A stretch of 64,000 nt of DNA from Eledone cirrhosa. Its lineage: Eukaryota. Shown here piece after piece: positions 1-10,950 of this stretch. Where the stretch lies: NCBI GenBank assembly GCA_964016885.1, contig OZ024740.1, forward strand, positions 313,720,001-313,784,000, in the 5' to 3' direction. Within the stretch, counting starts at the first letter, position 1. Each line of letters opens with the position of its first letter. The position numbers and the translations under genes were made by a program. Below the pieces are notes generated by a model. That model made no database searches and was not told where the DNA came from. It saw only the letters and a list, made by a program, of their open reading frames with translations.

Positions 1-1801
1 ATAATCTACCCATCTCTATTTTGGACCACTTGCCTGGCTTTGTTGTAAACGCCTGTCCTGATTCTAAAATCGCCCATGATGTGAAGTGTGCCAGAACAAA
101 AGGCACATCCATCTTTTCAAACGTCATCGGCCCCTATGGCTTCAACACTTTATTAAAGAAGCTTCATTCGACAAAATTCTCCCTCATCATCGATGAAACA
201 ACTGATGTTTCAACACTTAAACAACTCATCCTTGTATCCAGATATTACGACGTTGAAATTCAAAAGACTGTCGACGATTGTCTAACTCTTATAGAAATAA
301 ATGATTACAGTGCTGTGGGTATTTACAACTGTCTTCTATCGTTTTTCAACGAACACGCTGTTGCTTTGGGAAATTTGATAGGTTTCGCCTGTGATAATGC
401 GAGTGTTATGATGGGCAGCAAAGGAGGCGTCCAGCATTTGTTGAAGCAGACGAGACCAGATCTACTTGTGCAAGCCTGTGTTTGTCATTCATTACACTTA
501 TGTTCATCAAAAGTGTGCAATGAATTACCAAATTCCGTGGAAGAATTGACAAGAAGTATTTATGCATACTTTAGTCACAGTCCTAAGCGGATCAATGAAT
601 ACAAAGGTCTGCAGAAAATAGCTTCAATTGATCCTTACAAAATCCTGCAAGAGGTGGCTGTCTCTCAAGCAAATTGTGGAGCGCATTTTAGAGCAGTGGC
701 CAGCATTTCTGGCATATTTCACCCAAGCAACATTAGAGGATGGGTTCCGTCTACGGCTCGAAGAATTCTCACCGAAATGAAGAATCCTCTTACAAAGATG
801 TATTTTACATTTCTATCTTTTATTTTAAACGACGCCAACAAACGTAATCTGGAATTCCAGGCCGAAAGCTATCGGATGCATAAACTCAAAAGAGCAATCA
901 ACGCTGGAATGAAGTGAATTTTGAGCAACTTCATTAAACCTGATTTACTTTCTGTCATCAATGTGTGTGAGATTAATGTCAACGATTCAACGGCACACCA
1001 ACCATTAGATCGTATCTACTTTGGTGCTGTAGCTGAGAGCATTTTACACGACAATTCTACCACCATTGCCCTTGATGAATTGCTGACCTTCCGACAGAAT
1101 ATACTACGATTCTTTGTTTGTCTTTCAAACCAAAGCTAATGCGGTTTTTGTCTTGCAATATGCAGAAAAATTTGGAACTACTTGAGGCGTTAGACCCAAC
1201 CAACGTGATGGAGGGAAGGCCGAGGTCAATAATTCCACTTGTTATGCGATTTCCAAGTCTTTGTGATGAGAAAGATTACGAAGAGATAAATCAGGAATTG
1301 CGCCACCTGACGATTCAAGGTTCTTCCTTTATCCCGCACAACGATCCAGAAAAATTTTGGTTTGTTGTCTCACAAGAGACGTGTGGCGATGAGAACCGTT
1401 ACCCTCTGCTGTCATCTCTTATGCTTAGTCTTCTTTCTTTACTCCACTCCTCCGCAGCGGCTGAAAGTATTTTGTCTGTTCTCCACTCTATTAAAACAAA
1501 GAATCGAAATTGTTTGAAAACTTCCACTCTTAACGCTCTTGTTAGGTCGAAATATTTGTTACGACATGCCGACTGCACGACGTGGGAGCCCGATGAACAT
1601 CTTTGCAAAGCATTATTTGAAAACAATTGGTACAACAGAGAATCTTCTCAGGAAGATGACGTTTCTTTTTGATGCCCTTATGTTTAAATTGTCAATAAAT
1701 GTTATTAACTTCAAAAATATGTATAAAAAGAATGTCTTTGATTGTAATTGGGGGATTTAGTAAAATTCTGTACGTTTTGAAAAAAGCTTTCGGCAGCGCT
1801 G
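1..1801 (+). mobile_element. hAT-superfamily DNA transposon, 3' part, transposase disrupted (ZNF862/ZBED-like)
   Basis: ORFs 21-917, 921-1139 and 1118-1672 carry FSLIIDETTDVS, GFACDNASVMMG, CVCHSLHL and a C-terminal dimerisation-like segment (RYPLLSSL..SSAAAESILS..IKTKNRNCL). A stop and frameshifts split the frame. Candidate right terminus ...TCGGCAGCGCTG ends at 1801. Confidence 0.88.
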
Positions 1802-1900
1802 GTGCCAAGCTGTATCGGCCAGTGCCTTTCCCTTGGACAACATCAGTGGCGTTGAGAGGGGAGACTGGTATATATGGGTGACTGCTGGTCTTCCACAGTG
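1802..1900 (+). mobile_element. SINE-like fragment abutting the hAT end
   Basis: Abrupt switch to GC-richer sequence (GTGCCAAGCTGTATCGGCC...GCCTTTCCCTTGGA...GACTGCTGGTCTTCC) that resembles a cephalopod SINE body from recall; not verified by search. Confidence 0.4.
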
Positions 1901-2329
1901 TTCTGTATATCACGTGTATATTCTGAAAAAAAAGATATCATCCAATTTCGATGTTTCAACAGACTAGCAAACAATTTTCAAGGAAAGCAGGATTAAATAT
2001 AAAACGAAAATAGATATCTACAGCATGCCTTTAACATACCAATCTCAATGTCACTTTAGGGACCATTATTGCACACCAGGCAAAATAGAGCCCTCTCAAG
2101 CGAGAAAATTCTCAGTGTCATAGGGAAGAGGTGAAATGTAGTAGTGTGAAGGAAGTTTAAATATTTTCTAGGCATTCTCTCGTACAAGGTCGAATCAAAA
2201 TAGAATAATTTTTACAACACATGAAATTGTCAGATATTTTTCAAGAATGCAACCAACGGAATTATGATCTCGTTTTACAACCAAACAAATGTTCATGCCG
2301 CAAGAAAGATACATTAAAACATATGTAAA

Positions 2330-2400
2330 GCCTAAACCTAACCCTAACCATAAAACTACAACCTAACCCTAACTCTAATCCCAACCCGAACCCTAATCCT
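2330..2400 (+). repeat. degenerate (CCCTAA)n telomere-like tract
   Basis: cctaaacctaaccctaacc...acctaaccctaactctaatcccaacccgaaccctaatcct. Confidence 0.7.
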
Positions 2401-2562
2401 TGCGTTGCGTATCTCAAGTAGCTATAAGTAAAATACGCAGAAGTGATTTGACAATTTTTGCTTCGTTTATAAAAAAAATACGACTACAAGGATGCTTCCC
2501 GGAGATAACTTCATAGTTTTTCGAAGATACTTATGTAATAAATTTCATTAATGCTATAATTA

Positions 2563-3385
2563 CCTATGGTGATGAATGACCGAAAGAATACGATGGCAAG
2601 TACAAGAAGCCGAAATAGGGGTTACTCCCAATGGTCTTTGGAGTAACGTTACTCGGTAGAGAGCGCAGCTCGGAGATGAGTGAGTCACTCCAGGTAGAGC
2701 AGCTACTTCTCCGAATTAAGAGATCCAGCCGGATCAGTTGGAGACGGTTGCTTCTGACAGGATCTGCTGGAAGGAGTGTTTGAGGACTCTGCCCCCACGA
2801 CCCACTCAAGAAGAAGAAGAAGAAGAAGAAGAAGAAGAAGAAGAAGAAGAAGAAGAAGAAGAAGAAGAAGAAGAAGAAGAAGAAGAAGAAGAATCTGCTG
2901 GAAGGAGTGTTTGAGGACTCTGCCCCCACGACCCACTCAAGAAGAAGAAGAAGAAGAAGAAGAAGAAGAAGAAGAAGAAGAAGAAGAAGAAGAAGAAGAA
3001 GAAGGATCTGCTGGAAGGAGTGTTTGAGGACTCTGCCCCCACGACCCACTCAAGAAGAAGAAGAAGAAGAAGAAGAAGAAGAAGAAGAAGAAGAAGAAGA
3101 AGAAGAAGAAGAAGAAGAAGAAGAAGAAGAAGAAGAAGAAGGATCTGCTGGAAGGAGTGTTTGAGGACTCTGCCCCCACGACCCACTCAAGAAGAAGAAG
3201 AAGAAGAAGAAGAAGAAGAAGAAGAAGAAGAAGAAGAAGAAGAAGAAGAAGAAGAAGAAGAAGAAGAAGAAGAAGAAGAAGGATCTGCTGGAAGGAGTGT
3301 TTGAGGACTCTGCCCCCACGACCCACTCAAGAAGAAGAAGAAGAAGAAGAAGAAGAAGAAGAAGAAGAAGAAGAAGAAGAAGAAG
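2563..3385 (+). mobile_element. RTE-clade LINE 3' remnant whose terminal ~49 bp plus (GAA)n tail is repeated 5 times in tandem
   Basis: Translation GVTLLGRERSSEMSESLQVEQLLLRIKRS...ETVASDRICWKECLRTLPPRPTQ is typical of an RTE RT C-terminus. Units start near 2761, 2893, 3005, 3141 and 3281. Confidence 0.8.
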
Positions 3386-3852
3386 ATATTATTGTACACA
3401 GTCGGAAACATTTGAATTGAGCAGTGCAAACTAAGGAAACAAACATTAGAAATAAATTAACCACAGAATATAACAGAAGAAGAATATAACCTCCCGCCAC
3501 CACCTGAAGACTTCTATTGAAGCTATTCCATTTAATGTATGTCTTTTTCAGGGATACATTGAATTGCTGGCGAAGAAACAGAAACTGTCAACCTTTTCAC
3601 TCAGAATATTAAGCAGAAAAACGAATATCTCTTCATATAAATTTCGATTCCTTAAAATACTCGAAACTCAGGTAAATCATCAGACACAAATATTCCAAAT
3701 TTTAATCCAAAAGAGACTGTAAAAATATGTAAAACAGTCCAAAAATCCTGCATGTAATAACTGTATATATATACATGTATAAATACAAAACATATGCACG
3801 TATATACATACAACTCAAATCATACAGATCCACTGATACAGTAGCGTCCATA

Positions 3853-4006
<154 letters not shown>

Positions 4007-4098
4007 TTCATTCATACAGACGTACATAACTACCTAGTTGTTGTTGTCGCAAGAGTCTTGTGTCGATGTTAGAAACCGACTCTCTATTTCTAAAAAAA

Positions 4099-4252
4099 AT
4101 AATTGTTTCTACTTTTGGCACAAGGCCAGCAATTATCCCAGTACATTGCTGGTACTTTATTTTATCGACTCCGTAAGGATGCAAGGCAAAGTTAACCTCG
4201 GCGGGATTTGAACACAGACCGTGAAGGGACGTAATTCTATGCAGGAAAGCAT
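4099..4252 (-). mobile_element. tRNA-derived SINE (Meta-domain-like central motif), short variant
   Basis: Reverse strand has a B-box-like GTTCAAATCCC, a central GCCTT..ATCCTTACGGnGTCGATAAAATAAAGTACCAG and the tail GGCCTTGTGCCAAAAGTAGAAACAATTATT; matches many other copies in the window. Confidence 0.85.
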
Positions 4253-4424
4253 AAAAAAATGATAAAATAATGAAACTAGTAGATCATACATACACACATA
4301 CATACATATATACATACAAACATATTTACACACATACATACTTACATAAATACATATATACACACACAAACATACATACACACATACATACGTATATATA
4401 TACATACAAACATACATACATATA

Positions 4425-5035
4425 TGGTGGCTGCCAACTCGTTTTCGAGTACGGCCACTACTTTATATCCATATAGGAGAACCCCTACCAATGCGCTGAA
4501 CGAGTGTGACTTTTTAGTCCAGCCAGCGACTTGAAAACTCTGGTACAAACACTACACCTGTGACAATTATTGACACATAGTGCTGGGCCCATGGTACCAT
4601 GTGATGACAAGTGCAGAGAGATCTCCAGATATAAAGCAATGCCTGTGCCGTGAAGCTATTATAGGGAGCAAAGGCGCTGCACAAAGCCAGTCCCACTCTC
4701 TTAACCAAGATGATATTTACCAAAAAGAAGAACAAGTCAACATCATTGGATACCATCAGGGTTGCAGGTGTTATATCAGAGTTTTCCTTCTCCTAGAATT
4801 CTGCCTTGACAAAGGCTAAGGAGTCATTTCTCCCGGTGATTTTGGATGGCCATTGACTCTTAAGAGCTCCTTTGCCCTTTGACAGGTTTTGTTTTTAGTC
4901 CTGCTGGATGTCCAAAGTCACCCCCCTCACCAAGAAACCTTGGTGGTAAGGTTGCAGTTTAGTCGCCAACGACCCGACCATGAGACAGGTTGTACTGGGA
5001 TACATGTTACCAGTAGCACCAACTGGTGACCTGAC
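4425..5035 (-). mobile_element. non-autonomous bipartite RTE-derived element (5'UTR-like block joined to RTE 3' terminus, (TATG)n tail)
   Basis: 4650-5035 is homologous (inverted) to 20690-21140. The end at 4425-4460 matches the RTE 3' end at 47135-47190. (TACA)n lies on both sides. Confidence 0.65.
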
Positions 5036-5107
5036 ATACATACATACATACATACATACATACATACATACATACATACATACATACATACATACATACA
5101 TACATAC

Positions 5108-5150
5108 ATGGTGGCTGCCCCCTCGTTATCGAGTATGGCCATTGCACGAA
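5108..5150 (-). mobile_element. RTE 3'-terminal stub with (TATG)n tail
   Basis: Reverse complement TCGTGCAATGGCCATACTCGATAACGAGGGGGCAGCCACCATGTATG matches 47135-47190. Confidence 0.8.
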
Positions 5151-5441
5151 GAGAAAAAAAATTAATAAATAAATAAAAAATAAAATAAAAATAAAAAAAA
5201 GAAATATATATATATATATAAACAATTAAGTTAAAGTGTACATCTACATATGTATACGGAAGTATTAGTATGCATATAAATACACACATGTATACATATG
5301 TACATGTACTCAGCTTTTCACTAGACACTTTACAGTGAGTGTCAGCTAGTCTGTATGTAACCACACAGGCGGACCGGGTTTTAGAGTCATACGAGTTTTC
5401 AAGGAAACACATTTCCTCTATTCTTCAGAGGGCCAGACAGG

Positions 5442-5486
5442 AATATTGGACTAGTTTCGATGTTATTACATCTCATCAGCAATATT
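5442..5486 (-). ncRNA. minimal type-I hammerhead ribozyme (family A)
   Basis: AATATTG CTGATGA GATGT-AATA-ACATC GAAA CTAG TC CAATATT: 7-bp stem I, 5-bp stem II, palindromic stem III, GUC site. Confidence 0.9.
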
Positions 5487-5608
5487 TACCCATCTTCCGG
5501 CTTCTCTGGAGAATTGTAAAAGCACATATCGTTATATGCTTTTTCTATGAAAATTAGTAGTGGGTAGACTAATTTGCATAGAACGTGAAGATGGGTAAAT
5601 ATTGGGTA

Positions 5609-5653
5609 AATATTGCTGATGAGATGTAATAACATCGAAACTAGTCCAATATT
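5609..5653 (+). ncRNA. minimal type-I hammerhead ribozyme (family A)
   Basis: aatattg ctgatga gatgtaataacatc gaaa ctagtc caatatt. Confidence 0.9.
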
Positions 5654-6077
5654 CCTGTCTGGCCCTCTGACAAATAGAGGAAATGTGTTTCCTTGAAAAC
5701 TCGTATGACTCTAAAACCCGGTCCGCCTGTGTGGTTACATACAGACTAGCTGACACTCACTGTAAAGTGTCTAGTGAAAAGCTGAGTACATGTACATATG
5801 TATACATGTGTGTATTTATATGCATACTAATACTTCCGTATACATATGTAGATGTACACTTTAACTTAATTGTTTAAGCGTCAGTCATACAAAAGTGAGT
5901 TAGAAGCGAAACGAAATTTAATTTCGTTTCGTTATTTGTTTTTATCGTCTCCGCTGAACCGGTGCGTACAATGACTCACGTTCTATGCAAATTAGTCTAC
6001 CCACTACTAATTTTCATAGAAAAAGCATATAACGATATGTGCTTTTACAATTCTCCAGAGAAGCCGGAAAATGGGTA

Positions 6078-6122
6078 AATATTGCTGATGAGATGTAATA
6101 ACATCGAAACTAGTCCAATATT
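6078..6122 (+). ncRNA. minimal type-I hammerhead ribozyme (family A)
   Basis: Identical to 5609-5653. Confidence 0.9.
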
Positions 6123-6407
6123 CCTGTCTGGCCCTCTGGAGAATAGAGGAAATGTGTTTCCTTGAAAACTCGTATGACTCTAAAACCCGGTCCGCCTGTG
6201 TGGTTACATACAGACTAGCTGACACTCACTGTAAAGTGTCTAGTGAAAAGCTGAGTACATGTACATATGTATACATGTGTGTATTTATATGCATACTAAT
6301 ACTTCCGTATACATATGTAGATGTACACTTTAACTTAATTGTTTAAGCGTCAGTCATACAAAAGTGAGTTAGAAGCGAAACGAAATTTAATTTCGTTTCG
6401 TTATTTG

Positions 6408-6491
<84 letters not shown>

Positions 6492-6504
6492 TACATTAAT
6501 AATA

Positions 6505-6950
6505 ATAATAATAATACTAATGATTTCATTTATTAGCCACAAGGGCCGACATGTAGGGGACAATACAAAGACAGGGACAGTGGGGGTTTACTACAATAAG
6601 GTCGAGTAAAAGTGCACAATGGCAAGACTAATTTAAAAATGAAAATATAAATATATAAAATAAACTATGCATAAATACAACAAAATAAATTCCCCGATAG
6701 GGGGTGGACGACCCTGGGATATTCGGGTACCCCAACAATCCTGAACCACCCTGCGCTTCTAGGGCACCCAGGGAGAGCACCCCTCTTCTCAAGTTAGCCA
6801 GCCTATAGGCGCATGGTCAGAGTAGGCCCATTCACACGAGCCATTCTCGCCACATTCACCCACCTTTTAGCAAATGTACTGGAGGGCAGCACTTCTCTCT
6901 CCACCCTCACCCTCCTTTCCAGGTGAAACTTGAAGAAGTTGATGAGGGAA
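6505..6950 (-). mobile_element. Tx1/L1-clade LINE 3' fragment
   Basis: LINFFKFHLERRVRVEREVLPSSTFAKRWVNVARMARVNGPTLTMRL* matches the ORF2 end at 38134; 3'UTR matches 32130-32385; (ATT)n tail. Confidence 0.88.
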
Positions 6951-7045
6951 CGACAACAACAATAATAATATACATATACATATATATATATATATACATA
7001 CACGCACACACACAAGCATATCTATACACACACACACGATAGCAA

Positions 7046-7806
7046 CTAACAGCGCTGCGATCGAATGTGGCTTTTTAACCCAGCCAATGATCTAAAATGT
7101 CTTGCACAGAGTCGGCAACCAAAACATTTACTGGGAATAGTCGGCTGTGGTTGGAGTTCGTGTACTTTTGCATGTCGCTTGAGCCCTCCTGCTGATTTAC
7201 ATTTTCTACCACATGTTTGGCAAGCATGATGAGTAGCATCTCCAACAGCAGCCTGGTAGTCAACCACTGGTCTTACTTTATGACTGCGAAGATGACTTTC
7301 GAGTCCAGCTTTGCTTAGGCAGAGTCTCGCACAGACGCTGCATGTCAGCACCAAAGGAGGACCCTCGCCGTCTGGAAGTACAACAGCAATGCCCTTCCTC
7401 ACATCCCGCTTTACTTTCTCGTATGCGATTCGAGATGCCTCAAAGGCAACTTTTCCCTCATATACAGTCTTTCTCCATTTATTACGATCAGCAGCAATAT
7501 TTTCCCATGTATCAGCAGAGATGTTAGCGTCTTTCAGAGAGGCTTTCAAGGAATCCTTATACCTCTTTTTTGGTTTATGTGGCGGTCGTTTTCCTTTAAC
7601 CAACTCTCCATAAAAGAGTTGTTTTGGTATTCTAGAATCCTTCATCCTGGCAAGGAGACCACTCCAACGGAGTCGTTGCTTTAGCACAAGAGCTTCTATA
7701 CTGTCACAAATAGAGCTTTCCAAAATCTCGACATCACTGATGTGGTCCCTCCAGTGAACGTCATGGATCCGTCTGAGACACATCTGATGGAAACGCTCCA
7801 ATTGCT
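7046..7806 (-). mobile_element. RTE (BovB-like) LINE ORF C-terminal fragment with three C2H2-like fingers
   Basis: LERFHQMCLRRI..VHWRDHISDVEIL, RLRWSG..RMKDSRIPKQLFYGEL, KKRYKDSLK, WENIAADRNKWR, then three CxxC..GLxxH motifs. Confidence 0.9.
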
Positions 7807-7833
7807 TACATAAATACATACATACATACATAC

Positions 7834-10800
7834 AAAAAAAAATTGTGGACATCTTACATGTGATATCGGACGATATGTTTCAAGGGATACACAGCCTTAA
7901 TATGAGTGACAGACCATACAACACCTGGATCAGTAAAGAACCCATTAAATTGGAATTGGAAGCGGTGAACGAAATAGCTAACAATTATCTGAAGGCTATA
8001 CGATCTAAAGGTGTAGAAATGACATTTGAAACACTTAATATTTTGTTATATGTTTCAGCTGTCACATTGCTATCATATAACAAACATCTAAAACCACGCA
8101 ATCAAGATACAAACAAAAAGCCTGAACCAGCGTGGATGCGAAATTTAAAAAGCAAAATGTTGTCCCTGAGACGAAGTATCTCACACATCGCTGTCGTTAT
8201 GAAATCCAACATAGAGAGCAACTTCACACGACACCAGGAATACCTAAAACAAGTTAGAGAGACGATTTGGAGATACACAATTTAAAACTTTAAACTCTAA
8301 ATTACACCAGTTGAAAAAACAACTCACAACTACAACAGAAAGACTAAAATAAAAGTCAACAGCACATAAACGACAAGTGCTAAATAGATTGTTTGCCAGA
8401 GATCCTAAATCAGTTTATCGCAGCTTCGGTGGTAAAAGCTCAATCTCAGTAATTGACACCCCTTCAAAAGAACAGGTTGAGAGCTACTGGAGATCTGTAT
8501 GGGAAACAGATGACGGATTCAACAGACAAACTAATTGGCTAAAAGAACTGGAACAGGACTACTGCCAACATGTCCAGACAAAACAATATGACATAGATGG
8601 GTCAATACTGGAAACAGCTCTACAGAAAATGTCGAATAGGAAATCACCAGGCCCAGACCTCATTACAGGATACTGGTTGAAGTATTTCACTTTCTATCGG
8701 CAAGATCTCATACGGCTGTTTACAGAAACCATTAAAGGCACACAAGAACTGTCCAGATGGTTATCAACTGCCACTACTCTCCTCATTCCCCAAAATAGCC
8801 AAACCACCCTTGCTAAAAATTACCGCCCAATAGCCTGCCAAAACATCATGTATAAATTATATACTGGGTGCCTTAATCTGTTCTTACAGGATCACTGTGC
8901 TAACAACAACATCATAACACCTGAGCAAGCTGGTAGAAAGAGGGAGGTGTGGGGTTGCATAGATCACCTACTAACTAATAAAATGATTCAAGAAAAAACA
9001 ACAAAGAATCGCAGAAACATGACTGTGGTGTGGTTGGACTATCAAAAAGCATTTGATAGTGAACCTCATGGGTGGATTGTTAAGGCTTTACAGTTAGCCA
9101 AAGTCCCACAACCACTGGTAGCTGCTGTTGAACGTCTGACCAAGAACTGGTACACCAATGTTATCCTTAGAGGTGAGAAGGAGCAAGTTAAGACTAATAA
9201 GATACATTACCAGAAGGGCATCTATCAGGGTGATAGCTTGTCAGTGCTGCTCTTCGTTCTCTCACTAAATCCACTATCTTACCTACTCAGGAAACAAGGT
9301 GGACAAAGAAGTGGGTCCAGAAGTATCTCCCATCTTTTCTTTGTTGATGACCTGAAGTTGTATGGGCCAAATATCAATGACATCAAGAAACAATTGGACC
9401 TCATTACACAATTTTCAACAGACATCAAAATGAAATTTGGTGAGTCCAAGTGTGCATATTTGGCAGTAAAACGTGGGAGAGCTGTGCCCTCCTCTAGAAA
9501 TCTAGAGATGAACGGCCTGACAATACAACTTCTACAGTCAGGTGACAACTACAGATATCTTGGACAGGATGAGAATGTCAGATATGATGGACCCATAAAT
9601 AAGGAGAGAACCAGAACTGAATACCTCATAAGAGTAAAGAAAATATGGTCATCAGAGCTGTCAGCGTACAACAAATACATTGCCCACAATACTTATGCTG
9701 TGCCAATTCTAACGCCAACATTTGGCCTGCTGAACTGGTAATTGCAAGAACTAAGTGAGATGGATGTTAGAACTCGCAAACTTCTCAGTGTTACTGGAAA
9801 CTTTAACATCAATGGTGATGTGGATAGGCTATACTTCTCACGCAAGGAAGGTGGCCGGGGTCTAAAATCCATATTAACATCATATGAGATCCGGATAGTA
9901 ACACTGAAGCAACATCTTCAACAGAGGAAAAAGGTTGGCAACCATCTTGCCCAGGTTTATGAGCATGAAAAAAAAAATATCATTAGAATAGCCATTGATC
10001 TGGAGGAGAGATATGGAATAAAGCCTGATATAAATCTCTCACCCAGAGAAATCGGAAGATCCTATTCAATGTTCAAACAAGATGAAAACATTGACCAATT
10101 TACAGAAAAAGTTGTGCATGGATACTTGAGACGTAAAACACAGACCATAGAGGGGATAAACCACTCAAAAAGCCTGGCATGGAGTTCCGACAAGTTTATG
10201 ACATCACACCTTGAGGGATATCTCTATGCAATACAGGAACAAGAACTCCCTACTAAATATCTGCTGCACAAAAGGGGAGGGCCATTAGCTGACAATAAAT
10301 TTTGGCTATGTAAAACAAAGATTGAGGATGTAAGCCACATTGTTGCCAGCTGCGAAAGAATGTCATCTCGCTACTACCTCCCCATGAGACACGATGGGAT
10401 AGCTAGAACCATCTGGAACGCACTTCGGAAAACAAAATTAACAACAAACGAGGAAGAATATATTGAGACAAATGGCACTAAGGAATACTGGTGGAACCTG
10501 AAAATAAAAAAAAACTACCACCAAATTAAAGCACAACCGGCCTGATATTGTTGTTTGGTACCACACATTGAAAACGTGTTCTGTTGTAGAGATCAGCTGC
10601 CCACTTGACGTAAACGTTGTCAGAAAAATACAGGAGAAGGAGGACATCTACGGACCATTGAGGAGTTTACAAATCCAGTATCCAAGATACACATTTAGCT
10701 TCATACCCATCATTATTGGAGCTACGGGTTATATACCAACCCGCTTGGACCAAAGTATGACTGAACTTGGATTTGCGGACAAAGAGCGCAGCTCCCTAAT

Positions 10801-10950
10801 TCATAGTCTACAAATGGTTGCGACAGCTGGCACCTTCAAAATTTGCAAAATTCTTGCGATTCAAGGGATGACAATTTCTTTTCTTTTACAACCTTGCCAC
10901 CGGGAAGGTGGCCGGTCAAAAAAATATACTCGAAATTAAGAGAAAGAGAT
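7834..10950 (+). mobile_element. R4/Dong-clade non-LTR retrotransposon (RT + CCHC + restriction-like endonuclease), disrupted
   Basis: ORF pieces 7845-8285, 8377-9741, 9742-10545 and 10568-10939 carry KSPGPD, NYRPIAC, DYQKAFDS, GIYQGDSLS, HLFFVDDLKLY, YRYLG, LC..IEDVSHIVASC..RHD and PDIVVW..VEISCP..KEDIYGPL. Stops and frameshifts are present. Confidence 0.88.

Larger units (their letters stand above)
5221..6413. mobile_element. hammerhead-bearing non-coding element family A: one inverted copy (5221-5588) plus tandem copies (5589-5943, 5944-6413), period 469 bp
   Basis: Near-identical sequence in three copies, each with a hammerhead; (TA)n flanks on both sides. Confidence 0.85.

Noticed and set aside
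2761-3385. CRISPR-like repeat/spacer appearance
   Set aside because: The spacers are pure (GAA)n, the repeat is a LINE 3' end, there are no cas genes and the context is eukaryotic.
3500-3530. CTGAAGA CTTC..GAAG hammerhead-like start
   Set aside because: No GAAA/NUH and no stem I closure.
4955-5035. Possible HDV-like ribozyme at the 5' end of the RTE-derived block (minus strand; homologue 20695-20775)
   Set aside because: A P4-like hairpin and CTAA are present, but I could not build P1/P1.1 consistently in both copies; needs a descriptor search.
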